Origin: Octopus sinensis
Taxonomy: Eukaryota
NCBI RefSeq assembly: GCF_006345805.1
Contig: NW_021829832.1
Span: 868,001 to 932,000 of the forward strand
DNA length: 64,000 bases
Reading direction: 5' to 3'
Positions within the stretch are counted from its first letter, which is position 1, and the number at the start of each line of letters is the position of its first letter. Positions 16,054-27,839 of the stretch are shown piece after piece. The notes beneath the pieces are model-generated. The model ran no database searches. It saw only the letters and a program-made list of their open reading frames with translations, and had not been told where the DNA came from. The position numbers and the translations under genes were made by a program.

Positions 16054-16569
16054 AAAAAAAAATTCTAGAAAAAAGTCTGGCTTTTTTCCAATTGAATTAT
16101 GATGTTTTCGCTTTAAATGTTCAATCAAACGAGACGGTTTCATTGCCTCATTCGAAAAAATTGTACCACATTGAAGACAAAGTGGTTTATTAGGATCTTG
16201 AGGATCTTTAATAAATCCAAGAGAAATATATTCATCTTTATACATTCTGACTTTTTTTGAACACGACCCATAAAGATAACTAGAAATCACGCTTAGAAAT
16301 TTAAATAAAATATAATAAAAATATCATATTATTAATAAATATTATTAGACTCGATTATACATCTTTATTTTTTCAAAGATTATCGACTTCTAACATAAGA
16401 TTTTAATTTTTCAAATATTAGCAATCAGCCATCGCCCCCCTGGCAGAAAAAATCGCTCCCCTACCAACAAAAATCGCCCCTAGGGGGCGAATCGCCCACC
16501 GTTAAGAACCACTGAGGTATACAACGAATGCCGAATCATCCTCCTTCCATTGGAATCACCTCCTTAATT

Positions 16570-17039
16570 TTCCGAACACAACAAAGTAAATAACTACAAG
16601 TTAATTAATAAAAGCTTCATGGGCGGGAAGCCGACGCGATCAAGAAAGAATTAGAGCGTACTATCGCAAGGGATATCCGCTCGAAAAACCATCTCGATTC
16701 GCGGGCGTCGCCTGTGATAGCGGACATGCGGGACCCGATCTCCTGAACGAAGCTGATTGCCTTACTGCCCAAGGAACCGGAAGTCTCAACCGCGAATGGA
16801 AGGAATTGGAACTTCTCCGTAAGTGAGGAGTACTTCCGCATCTTTTTGCATTCCGCGGTTGTGACAATGGATCCAGGAGCGGATGCGGACATCAGCAGGT
16901 TCTGAGGCGAGAAAGAGTCCACACACGTGGCATCCCAGGTGAGAGGCTTCTCCCTGTTGAAGGGAAACACAGTGATCCCGTCAGGCCTTTTTCCGTCCCC
17001 CCGATCGATCCCAGAGGGTTCAAGCAGGGAGAATCGATC
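16570..17039 (-). mobile_element. 5'-truncated CRE-clade copy (subfamily A)
   Basis: Near-identical to the 3' end of 36371-37902; 11-bp TSD CCTCCTTAATT at 16559-16569 and 17040-17050. Confidence 0.9.
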
Positions 17040-17207
17040 CCTCCTTAATTAGTTTTTCTTTACATTATATTTCTATGATAATACTAATAATAATAAAAAA
17101 TTGAAAAGAGGAGAGAAGCCAAGGACCGTGTTTACATTACCTTTCTACTTGATGCACTCGCAGTTCACACAATACTTAGTACGACAACGAAAGTGTTAGA
17201 ATAAAAG

Positions 17208-17847
17208 TCAGAAAACAACACTGAAGGCAATTCCGACCATGACCGTCACTGTGAGCATAAAATAGATCCATTCAGCGATTATGGAATAGAATGCAAAGTT
17301 ATACAATTCTCCGTTGCAATACTTCGGGTTCGTGGGGACTCCGTCTATAAATCTCTCAGCGCTCTTGACGTAGTCGTTTTTTATTGAGAAAATCCAAATG
17401 TTTCCGAGGATGAGCCAGGTGAAGCAGGTGATTAAAAATGCCACAATAAACATCTGACGATATTTATTCTTTATCTTCCCTTTCCTCGTCAGCTTTCCCG
17501 CAAACTCCTGTCCTCCGTCAAGGAATATGTAGAGCCATAGGACCAGCCCCAAGATGCCTTGAACGAATAAATACGTGGGGATTCGGGGCTGTCTTGGGCA
17601 AGAATGGCTCATTGTGGATGCGTAGGCATATTCGGCGATGCGGAGACCAAAGTTGGTGACACTGATTATGACAAAGGCCGCATTCAAGACAAGGGGCATT
17701 TGTGACTATCCTCACTTGGAAATGCTGACTGAATACGCGGATGATTTCATTATGAACGCTCGGAAAGAATGCTATCGATTGTTGTGGCTTTGGCCTCAGT
17801 TTTACGAAGCCTCCCATTTCTACCCATTGCCGCTCATTATCCCCCAC
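17208..17847 (-). CDS. TMEM272-like four-TM membrane protein (5' exon uncertain)
   Basis: CPRQPRIPTYLFVQG...FTWLILGNIWIF...YCNGELYNFAF pattern typical of TMEM272-family proteins; 163-aa open exon. Confidence 0.7.
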
Positions 17848-17904
17848 TGTTCAAATAATAATGATCATAAATAAAGTAAAAGAAGATTCGGAGAGGATTG
17901 TTTG

Positions 17905-18490
17905 ACTGTTCTCACTTCCAATGATCAAGCAATGTCTTCCCCAAAATGAAGGCCGTGGTGATATTTCCTGCGAGTCCAGAGATTTTGAATGCATAATTTT
18001 GAAACCTCCAATAGTCCATGATTTACAATCGTCTTGGAGTTATTTCCTGTAGGCAATTGATTTCAAAGGGTTTCAGGAGTCATCCAGTCCCTACATAAAA
18101 CAACACAGAGTGGTATTTTGGAGTCAGCGAATGATTCCAACCACAGTAGAACGAGATAAAACCGCATTTAAAGTAAATTTGACTAATTCCCTGTGATTTT
18201 TATTGCTTTTTGAGGTAAAGAAATGAGAGAAGACTAAGTATATTCTAACGAGTAATTTCTTAATGGAAGAAATCAGTTAAGGCATTTTAGTAAGAATCAA
18301 GATCACAGAAATGAAAACCGTAAAAATATTCTTTTTGCAGAGAGAATAGACTGACCGATTCAGTTTCCCCGTGTCAGATCTCTATCCGACAATGAGATGA
18401 GAACTTGGCCGTTCTTTCACGACTTGAAGATAAATTCAATAGAGCCCACTCTGAACTTTAATTGCTCTATAAAAATGCGTCATTTATTTT
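17905..18490 (-). CDS. Probable small multi-exon orphan gene
   Basis: Protein-like open segments (KLNRSVYSLCKKNIFTVFISVILILTK; MDYWRFQNYAFKISGLAGNITTAFILGKTLLDHWK*); no consistent splice model was found. Confidence 0.3.
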
Positions 18491-19261
18491 GCGTTTATGA
18501 CATATAGTACACCGAACAACATTATGGCGGAGAAATATACACACCAATTCCTACTTTCCCGCATACAAGTTTTTGAATGTCCGATCACCCACGTGGTCCA
18601 TTCGTAGGTAAATTTTAAATGGAAAGTCCTATTTTACCCAACAATAATCCAGTCAGAAAATCAAATTTGACACAGCTTTTAAAAATTTTTTCGAGATATT
18701 GTATATATAGCTTCCATAGACCCCGAAATATCCGGAATACACAAAGTTTAAATTTTATTTCGGTTAAACAATGATTTATAATGGCAAGAACTGTTTTTCT
18801 GAGGCCAAATAGTTCGTGGATTTAAAATCTGGTCAAATTCAAGAAAATTAAATCGATTTGATCAATTAGACAGGCAATCGCCAAAATACACGAACCTGAA
18901 AAGCACAATTTAGAAAATCAGTTCTTTATCAGATAAGCAACAAATGACTAGGATGATATATTTTCTTGACAAATTTACCACATTAAATAGCTTGGCAATC
19001 AAAGTGATTCCTAATATCCGGTTTTCAACGATTTTAGTTTTCAGTGATGTAAACGCGTGAAGCGACAATTGACATAAAAGAAATGCATATTGACAGAATA
19101 AGTTTACTTTCGACTGAGAATTCCAAAATTAATTTATGAATAAAATTATTATTTATATTTTAATAAATTTATAAAAAAACATTCCGTCTACCCAAAGGAA
19201 TGCAGGGAAAAATATTATTTTATTTGGTTTATCTTGTTGTGGCGAGTGGTGTTTTCAAGAT

Positions 19262-19864
19262 ATGAAGACTCGATTCAAAGTAGTTGCTGTGGGGGATGGC
19301 GGCTGTGGGAAGACTAGCTTGCTCTCGAGTTTTAGTAACAACGTCTTTCCTGAAAATTACTTGCCAACCGTGTTCGAAACTTTTTTGAAAGTCTTTGATT
19401 ATGAGAACGAGAGCTACGAAATAATGCTGTGGGACACTGCTGGACAGGAGGACTATGACCGGTTGAGACCACTTTCCTACCAGGACACGAATGTAATCCT
19501 CTGTTGCTTCGATATCACAGACGCCGATTCATTCAGCAATGTCACGGAAAAATGGATTCCTGAAGTTGATCCCAAAACTAATTTTGTAGGTGAGGGGTTT
19601 CTGTCCGAACATAAAAGTGATTCTTGTGGCCACGAAGAGTGATAAGCGGAATGATACATCCAATGAGTGCATGCCCTATGAAAAGGGAGTCGAACTCAGC
19701 AATAAAGTGCAGGCAGACGCGTTGGAATGACCACGATCATGCTTAGGTTTGTGGAATGTTCTGCCAAGACGGGCTACAATCTCGAGGAGGTGTTTAGGGT
19801 GGCCGTCCGCATTTATAAGAGTTCCTGCAAGTCTCGCAAGAAGCTTAAATGCTCCATTTTGTAA
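19262..19864 (+). CDS. Rho-family small GTPase (RhoA-like), 2 introns, CAAX box
   Basis: [46 protein letters not shown]-terminal KKLKCSIL*; introns of 25 and 26 nt. Confidence 0.95.
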
Positions 19865-20559
19865 CTTTTCATACTAAACTGCCTTGGTTTTGTTGTGTTG
19901 CTAGGCACTGGTTGTTAGACACTAATTAGTATGATCACTCATTGATTTCCCCGCTCTTTAGATTATTTTTAAAAATGGTCACAATTAAGTTGTTTATTTT
20001 ACTCAAAATTAGAAACAGTCGTCTACAGATTTGAATCGATTCCTTGTGCTACCCGTTTTTGTCAGCTGTTGCCGATTTTTGTAATGCGCTCAGAAAATTG
20101 TGTTTTAAAAATTGCCATTGCGAAATTATTGCTTTTTCTGTTTGCAGCACACTTTCAGTATGCACTGATTTAAGTGTCCATGCCAAAAATGTAATTTTTA
20201 CACGTAATCCCTGTTTTTATCACTATTATAATCAATGATAATATTTATCTCGAAAATATTTAGAATGACAAATATTTTTTTACTGTTCGCATTATATTAC
20301 AGTCACCGCGCATATAGTTTACATTCTATCCAGCAGAAATGGACTTTATATTTACACTTAGTATATCTGAATTAACAACTTTTGACCACCATAAATTATT
20401 ATTATTTGATTCTTTACCTAAATTCTTCAATATATGGAACATTTCTCTCTTTAAAACATTTTATTTGCTTCTATATCATTGATTTATCATACAATTGTCA
20501 ACCTATCATAATCAATTTCCACGCACTATACATTCCGCGTATATACCTTTTTCAGACAA

Positions 20560-20945
20560 TTCTGAAGGCATGGAATGACTTTTTAAAATTAGAATAAGCC
20601 CCTATATAGAAATGTAATATCATCATGCCACAAATGTCAGCGAAGTCAGCCCTTAAAGACAAAATATTCACTAGTCAACATAGTAGCCAAAGAATCTCGA
20701 GATGGTTCATTCAATAGTTTATTTTTAGCTATCAAGTTGATTTAGTCGATCTTTCGTTTTCTACAGATATAAATGATTCCTATAAATGAATGTCATAGAT
20801 ATTTATTCAAAAGTTTGCTTTGCTACAAAATAGAAAATAAAGAAGCAGTTACAGTTTCGGAATCATTGTAAACTATATTCAGTTCCTATGGTCCACCAAA
20901 AATTCTGCAGTCTGACAACAGAACAGAATTTGTTAATTCAATCAA
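20560..20945 (+). mobile_element. Degraded rve-integrase (Ginger/TDD-like) remnant
   Basis: CHKCQRSQPLK...IVAKESR/YQVDLVDL...YGPPKILQSDNRTEF; homologous to the integrase at 50112-52441. Confidence 0.7.
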
Positions 20946-21293
20946 ACCATTTGAAGATGGATTAAAAAAGAACTCAGAGAAAAAATTGTATATCAGTACA
21001 ATATTTCAATTCATTCTTCTATAAATATATCACCATTTATGGCTTTTTTCCGAACAAGAGGATATAACATTTTTATTTTATATTTGAAGAACATGAAAAT
21101 TAAACTATTATAAATGACAAATATCTTGAAAAAATGAAAGTATTTAGTTTGAGAACTTAACAATCATAAAGCCAAATATATTAAGTTAATCAAATAAAAA
21201 CGCAATGTTATTTGCTCATTTTTCAGTTCAAGTAATTTCTTGAACATAATTAGTCCAGGAATATTAATAAATAAAAATTTGTTTATTTGAGAA

Positions 21294-22306
21294 TTATAAT
21301 TTGCCGAGGAATGAGCGTCTGCACTGAGGACAAAACCACTCCCCCACGGGAGCATCGGACAGTCCGACACACTCATAGTGGTACCACTCTATGGGACACT
21401 ACCACTGAAGGTCAAATCAAATACTGCGTGATTGTCACAGGCGATCATCTTGCCATACGCCTTAGACTGGCATATACAATAAGTGGAAGAATCGTCGAGT
21501 TCCCCATCAGCCGAAGTGCTGGGAATGATCGACACGTCAGTTTGCCACGTAGACGAGTTGTACTGAGGGAGTGGACTTTTCTTGTTCCCGTGGGTTGAGC
21601 CCTTTCGACTAATCTCCCCCGAGGGACGAGTCGTGTCAGAGACCACAATTTCGATTTTCAGGGGAGTTGATTCGTGGACAATACCCGAGGACTCCGGTTG
21701 CTGGGGGACCGACACCTGTGAATTGTGCTGACCATTGTGCAAATTTCGTAGTTTCTTTTTCCCTGAAATAAAATAAGGAAATACTCAAATGACGGCGCTT
21801 ATTCTGGTGGTCGATGGACTCGAGGCATTCTACAGTTCTACCAACCAAGTACTTTGTTCGATCAATTCAGTGCAGCCGGCGTCGTCCGCCTCCAACTCGA
21901 GCTTGAATTTGAGCAGGTCTTGGTCGAGTCGGTGGGCGTATTGTTGGACCTTCATGATTAGTCACCACCTCACAATCTCGTTCAGCTTTCCCATCTCATC
22001 CATCTTCTTGTCCGCCACCGTCTCCGCGTACTTGACTGGCTGGCAGTCACCAACAGGATATACCGCCAGCAGATCTTCCAGTTCATCCTCATTGGCATTC
22101 CCCCCAGTCAAACAAGATTGGAAATAACTGTTGATTGCAGTAATACTCTTCTCAGTCAATTCTGTTCATTACTCTGTGCGTCAACCATTCACTGCTGAAT
22201 CGAACTCCCTCACTTGCTTCAGTTTGTCGCGGACATGGTTTGGGAGGGCCTCCAATACTGCCAAATAACTAAGTTTCTTACATTCCAGAAAGTCGTTTAA
22301 ATACAT
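21294..22306 (-). CDS. ING3: Inhibitor of growth protein, ING3-like (ING domain plus PHD finger)
   Basis: [14 protein letters not shown]...; [23 protein letters not shown] (ING3-type); [33 protein letters not shown]...WFCPQC. Confidence 0.88.
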
Positions 22307-22481
22307 TATATTCGAATCACTCTACATAAGTCAGTTTTATAGACTTTATTTATAAAAGTGAAATTACCACAACCATGAACTGAAACAATATTTAATAATT
22401 AACAAACTTTATTTTATAATCATTATTCTTATTTCAAATATAAAATTTTTAACCATTCACAATCTAGACATAATTAAGAAC

Positions 22482-22643
22482 ATGGATTACAGTCAATCCA
22501 GGATTAGGCTGATCGATTCTGCACACACTCCAATCAATCAACAACTGGACAAACAGGGCGAGGGGGAGACGTCAGAGTTGTTCAGAGACACGCAGGAAAA
22601 TGTTCTGAAAAGATTGGGAAGAGTCTTGAATGGCAATAAATAA
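22482..22643 (+). CDS. Possible short orphan ORF/exon divergent from ING3
   Basis: 54-codon ATG-started ORF (MDYSQSRIRLIDSAHTP...) in a GC-richer island about 175 bp from the ING3 start; splice-like sites at its 3' end. Confidence 0.25.
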   Translation: MDYSQSRIRLIDSAHTPINQQLDKQGEGETSELFRDTQENVLKRLGRVLNGNK

Positions 22644-22974
22644 CTAGTTGAATTGTGTAAGAACACAACATTGTTCACTCGTACTCAGCAGATGCAGTCG
22701 ATTGTCCGTCTTTGTATCATCATCCACATAACCCGACCTTATAAACAAGTTTAAATAGTTAACAAATATACCATTATTTTATTACTTTTTAAAGCATTTA
22801 ACAATGAATGCATAAGTAAGGTTATTTGTAAAAAGAACGGATGTCCCATTACTTTAATTTTTACAGTTTTGAAAGTGCAAAGTATTAATTTTGTTTAACA
22901 AAATTGTGAATAATTTCATTTGGGTTAATAAATAAATGATCGAATTCGTTTTGGTGTGTTTGTGCATCGTTTAA

Positions 22975-23381
22975 ATGCAACCCGAGTCTCAGTCTGTATT
23001 TATTGATAATGACCACCCCAACCCTTTCCACTTCAAGAAAGGATCATTTGTTCCTCCTGCCGAAGTAATACTGACCCTTCAAGACAAATTCCTGGCAAAT
23101 GAAAAGATTCGGCTCAAGTGGAAGGGGTTTCCTAAGCGAAAAGAATTGTTCTCTTTTTGTCAAGACAACGCGGAGGCCAATGTCCCATCACTTTGTGCCA
23201 AACGCGTAAAGTCGAATGCGTTTGATTTTGAAGTAGAGACTAATCAGGAGTCTGTCAATTTTATTCATCTTGACAAAAGTTGTCTCATTTTATTTACCGC
23301 TTAGATGTTCACAAACAGCCCCGGAAGATGGCCTCACTCGATAAAATATTGGGAGAGGCTTTGAATTATGCGGCCCCATAA
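22975..23381 (+). CDS. Orphan protein-coding gene (about 130 aa, at least one intron)
   Basis: 109-aa open frame plus a 26-nt GT-AG intron that extends it to ...LSHFIYRLDVHKQPRKMASLDKILGEALNYAAP*; no family recognised. Confidence 0.45.
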
Positions 23382-23439
23382 TTAATTTATTGAGACACTT
23401 TTTGATGAATAGAATAAGACATAATTATGGAGATAGTAT

Positions 23440-25133
23440 TTATACTTGCGATTCCAAATAATTGTCCCCATTTTTATCCACGCCGGCAATGAAGCATCCG
23501 GACTCGGTCGATACGTTTTCCGCATATCGGAAACTTGGTTGGATAGGTCTTTCCTCGGTTTCATGGAATGCCTGACTTGATTTGTTCGTTGTCTGGGAAT
23601 AAATATTAACCGGACCTTCCTCGTAGCAATGGGTTGCTTCAAGTAGAGTCGTCGGCACTTGACGGAGACGAATACACCAAAAATGAAAAACATAATGCCC
23701 AATATGGCCATCGTCAGCATAAACGTCGACTCGTGTTTTTTCCTGACATTCTCTCGGTGGTCTATTTCTGACTCACTTGTGTTCACCAAGGTCACACAAA
23801 TTGATTTTGAACGAAAAAGTAGGCCTTCAATGTTGCAGACCATGAGCACGTGACCCCCAGTTCTCTGGAAGTATTCGGTTTGGTTGATTTCCTTCTTAGT
23901 TACCAACAGATAACTTCGATTGCTAACATTGCGGAGGCCAAAGAATTCCGAATCTTTAACGGTACATGTCATAGTTCTCTCAGAGTTGCTTTCAACGACC
24001 ACGTAGGCAATGGTGGTTCCAATTTTGTCCGCACTGGATACGGAAAAGATTTCGTCTTTCCGAACGCTGCTGACAGAAATGTATAAATCATTTTTCATTT
24101 GGAAATATTTGGAAATGTTCTTGGTTTGTATAAGCTCGAGGAAGATAATGCAATAGTCACATTTTCGGTCACAACACACACTTGCTTCCAGTTTGACTGG
24201 ATTTTTCAATTTGGTGAGATCCTGGATTATTTCTCTTTTCATGTAAATTGATCCACTTTTCGCATCCAACTCGAAATTCTTGTATTCTTGGCTGAATCCA
24301 AATCGGACGGGAGTCATTTCGCTGATCGACCGAGTTTGAAAACTCTCCGACGACTCGAATGCTTTCAGTTTTGTCACGAAAAGATATTCCGACTCGAAAT
24401 AGACGGAAACTGACATTTTAAGTGTCGCATAATCAAATCTCGGTTGGAAACATTCAACAATTGATTTTCTATAAAATTCGACGGTCAGAAATCCCGAAAG
24501 TGGATGGGGGCCCCCATCGAGGCATTGAATCCTTAATGTTCCCACTGGGAAGGTAGCATTTGTTAAATGGACTGTCAACTTCAAATTTACTACATTCCCC
24601 GATTTTGTGAATACCAGCATTGCCCAATTTAGAGAAGGTGAGATTATGCATGTTTCAATCCCATTTTGCGGACTGTCATAGTCGTAGGGAGAAGGGAGGT
24701 TCAATTGAATTGGTCCTGAGTTTTGGTTGACATCATATTTCACGTAATCTGGATAGAAGGTCGGAGGGTTATTGTTTACATCCAAAATATTTATTTTTAT
24801 ATCGTAAGTTTTGAATTGGTCATTGGAGAGAGATCCGACTTTAAAGTGAATTATGCACGTGTCTTGCTCACGACATCGAAGGAGGCTCTCCCGGTGAATC
24901 ACAACAACTGTTCTTATAATCCCGGTTTCTCTCTCAACCATAAAATAGCCGCTATCCATGCTGTCAGTCAACTTGAAAAAAATAGGTTTTGGAACATCAA
25001 TGCTACTTTCGAAGGGAATCTGCCCAATAAAGCAGTTTTCTTCCGACTCTTCCGCGACCTCGTAATAAAGATCGACGGAAGCTGCCAAATTTATGAGAAA
25101 TGTCATCATCCACAGTAGTGTGTTTAGTCCCAT
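23440..25133 (-). CDS. Protocadherin-like type I membrane protein with only four EC repeats
   Basis: Signal peptide; EC1 with C-X5-C motif (CREQDTC) and DVNNNPPTF; DYDSPQNG and DGG in EC2; single TM (FMLTMAILGIMFFIFGVFVSV); ectodomain on one exon; 23-nt intron before the cytoplasmic tail. Confidence 0.85.
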
Positions 25134-25809
25134 ACGATGCAACAATTTTATGAAATGAGTGGCTGTCAATTGCGAAAATAACAATTAAAAAGTCGGCAGT
25201 TTATAATACTAATTAATATTAACGGCCCTCGTAAGTAACGATTAGGCCTGTTACGATTGTTTGCACATTGAGAGGTATATAAGTATGTTGCAATGACAAT
25301 CAAGTCATTGTTGCGAACAAGGAACAGCATTTTCTTATTAAACATCATTAAAAATGGTGGTCTAATTATGCAATGGAATTTTTAAAGACAATACATATAC
25401 TTATTGTCACAAAGACATTACTCAAAAAGTCAAACAATAAATACTAGACTTATCGTGCAGAGAAATACAACGTCGCCTTTTGAGTAAATCATATTAAATC
25501 GAATTCAGACCTGTTTATAATCAATTAAATAATTGACTATTGATTTTGTTGAGTAGGATTATTTTTGAATAGAGAGACTTGTTTCGCGAAGAAAACAAGT
25601 TGAGCCTAAACAACAGGAGAAAAATATGGATTTAGTTCTAAATAGAATGTTATTGATAGCTAAGCTATGATTATTTTTTCAGACACAAATACTTCTCCAT
25701 CAAGCACATTTTACTGGTAATTCGCAGTAAAGATTATTATTAAAATAAGTATGAATCTTAATTTTGTTGCAAATAAGTATTGTCTGACAAAATAAATTAA
25801 ATTTATTAG

Positions 25810-26155
25810 TGATTAGTGAAACCAATATCACTCGAAATTACCGAATGCAGATGGAGGCTGTTTGGACACATTCTAAGGATGGATTTGGATGCTCCAGCAA
25901 ACGCCGCTATGGGAGACTTTTTCGAAGCTGGGGGCCATCGTTTCCGTGGGCGACCAAGAAATACTCTCCCGGGTACGCTGGATAGAGACCTAAAGAGGGG
26001 TGGTAAAGAATTGAAGGACGGGGACGATCTCGATGCACAACGGGACTTCGCCCAAGATTGCGGGAAATGGAATAAACTAATTACTCGTATTGTTTCCTGT
26101 GCTGCACAAGCTTTGTCATGATCCATGGCATTGCGAAAGTGCCTATAATAATAAT
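25810..26155 (+). mobile_element. 3' fragment of an RTE-like LINE
   Basis: RWRLFGHILRM...RGRPRNTL...FAQDCGKW, the typical RTE C-terminus; (TAA)n tail. Confidence 0.75.
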
Positions 26156-26529
26156 TAGTGAAAATCTCGAGTTACATGTCAAACTTTTTAATCGCACTTT
26201 ATTAGTATTTACCTCCTTCACTATCACGTAAACAGTTGTCAGTTATCACTGGTCGGTCCGGGAGATCACGAGTGTTGATGTCGATGTGTTTGGGCAGGAA
26301 AAAAGATTGCAGACTGTATATTCCGTAACTCATTATTTGAGTAAAGACGTTTTAATAATTATAAAGTACATAAATTCTCAAAATATCGGATAAATGAATC
26401 CTTAAATTAAATTTAACATTTTCACATTTGAACTCATAGTTGATATTAATCCTGTTTGAACATTGTTGCACCTGTCCGGTCCAAAAAGTTTTTTTTTGTG
26501 AAGACACAAATTTGGTAAGCGTCCTCTAA

Positions 26530-27316
26530 GGTTCTCAACGGTGGGCGATTAGCCCACTAGGAGGCGACTTTTTTTTAGTAAGGGGGCGATTTATTCTCCC
26601 AGGAGGCGATAGTTGATTGCTAATATTTGAAAAATTATCTTTATCTTCTATGTGTCGTGTTCAAAAAAAGTCAGAATATATAAAGATAAATATCTTAGAT
26701 TTATTAAAGATGCTCAAGATCTTAATAAACCACTTTGTCTTCAATGTGGTACAATCTTTTTGAGTGAGGCAATGAAACCGTCTCGTTTGATTTAACATTT
26801 AAAGCGAAAACATCATAATTCAATTTGAAAAAAGGCAGACTTTTTCTAGAATTAAAATATAATTTTGAAAATAAAAACACCTGACCTTCAATCTTTCATA
26901 AAAATATATTTCAAAATTCATATAAAGTTGTCTTCACCTCGAAGGTTCCATGCATCTAATATGCAACTCGGATTGACGAGTAACGCCGTCATCAGTGATC
27001 TCACTGCGGAATTGGATGTCTTCATCGGCCACATCACAAAAGAAAAAAAGCGACAAGATTGTGCAGAGACACATGATTTCGTTTGGATTAGTTAGTTTCT
27101 TGATAACATGTTCTCTTCCTGTCTTGATCTTAACAAAAAAAGTGTATCCGGCTTGAGCGGCTCGTTTACATCTTGCGGTAGGGCTAATTACGATATAAAG
27201 TTGCAGAGATAATTGCAAAAAATGGTTGCATGATTATTTTAAATTATTTGCCTATTTGATTGCAGAAAATGTTATCCGTAAGGAGGCGATACAAAAATAA
27301 AGGTTGAGAACCACTG
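26530..27316 (+). mobile_element. Non-autonomous derivative of the 13-16 kb Buster-type hAT
   Basis: Same TIR and subterminal GGGGCGAT motifs and BED-finger DNA; TSD CTCTAAAC complete on the right (27317-27324) and partial on the left (CTCTAA 26524-26529, with the first TIR bases missing). Confidence 0.85.
26931..27192. other. 262-bp foreign insertion inside the hAT derivative, flanked by an 11-bp duplication
   Basis: ATATAAAGTTG at 26920-26930 and 27193-27203. The uninterrupted site is visible in the sister hAT near 14000-14015. Confidence 0.8.
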
Positions 27317-27839
27317 CTCTAAACCAATTAATCAACGACACAATGCTAAACAATCTACAGTGAACAAGTTTTCTTATTAAGTTAGAGCATGTCGACTAAA
27401 ACCGCGGTGACCAAAAGGAAAGGCACTTTTCGGGTACATTGTACCAAATATCTGCTTTTTCGAGGACGATGAACAGAATATAAGTGCAGAGACCTCTTTG
27501 ACTAATACATTACGTATAGTGGCATAATGTGTAATAAGGGCCAAACATCATGTCTTCATAGAGAAGACGACTTGGACGAAACCTCGTGATTTTTCTGTCC
27601 ATTTTGTGAAGGAACGCAGCTCTTTCCAAAAGTTTTGCTATTTCGAGACTAATAGCAATTTTTTAAGAGCAATTAAATAAAATAGAACAAAGGCAGAAGC
27701 TCCTTGTAATTTTTAAAAACAAATTTCAATATTGGTGTTCCAAACCAAAATCATTATTCGTAATAGACTAGATCACCAGTTATCAGTTTTGTTTATTTAT
27801 ACAAATGGGAGTTAATTATACAAGCCATTTATTAAATAA

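Larger units (their letters stand above)
13015..16514 (-). mobile_element. Internally deleted hAT (Buster/Charlie/ZBED5-like) DNA transposon carrying a nested 2-kb insertion
   Basis: TIRs CAGTGGTTCTCAAC...GTT(A/G)AGAACCACTG; 8-bp TSD AGGTATAC at 13007-13014 and 16515-16522; BED finger CLQCGTIFSNEAMKPSRLIEHLKRKH, FSVQLDES, and dimerisation motif FPTSYCVERGFS. Confidence 0.92.

Noticed and set aside
22500-22790. Selenoprotein K-like gene (MVYLSG... and C-TGA)
   Set aside because: Lacks the TM helix and Gly/Pro-rich tail of SelK; no SECIS seen; similarity is limited to a few residues.
27370-27690. Small plus-strand gene (MSTKTAVTKRKG...)
   Set aside because: No splice model gave a consistent open frame; unresolved.
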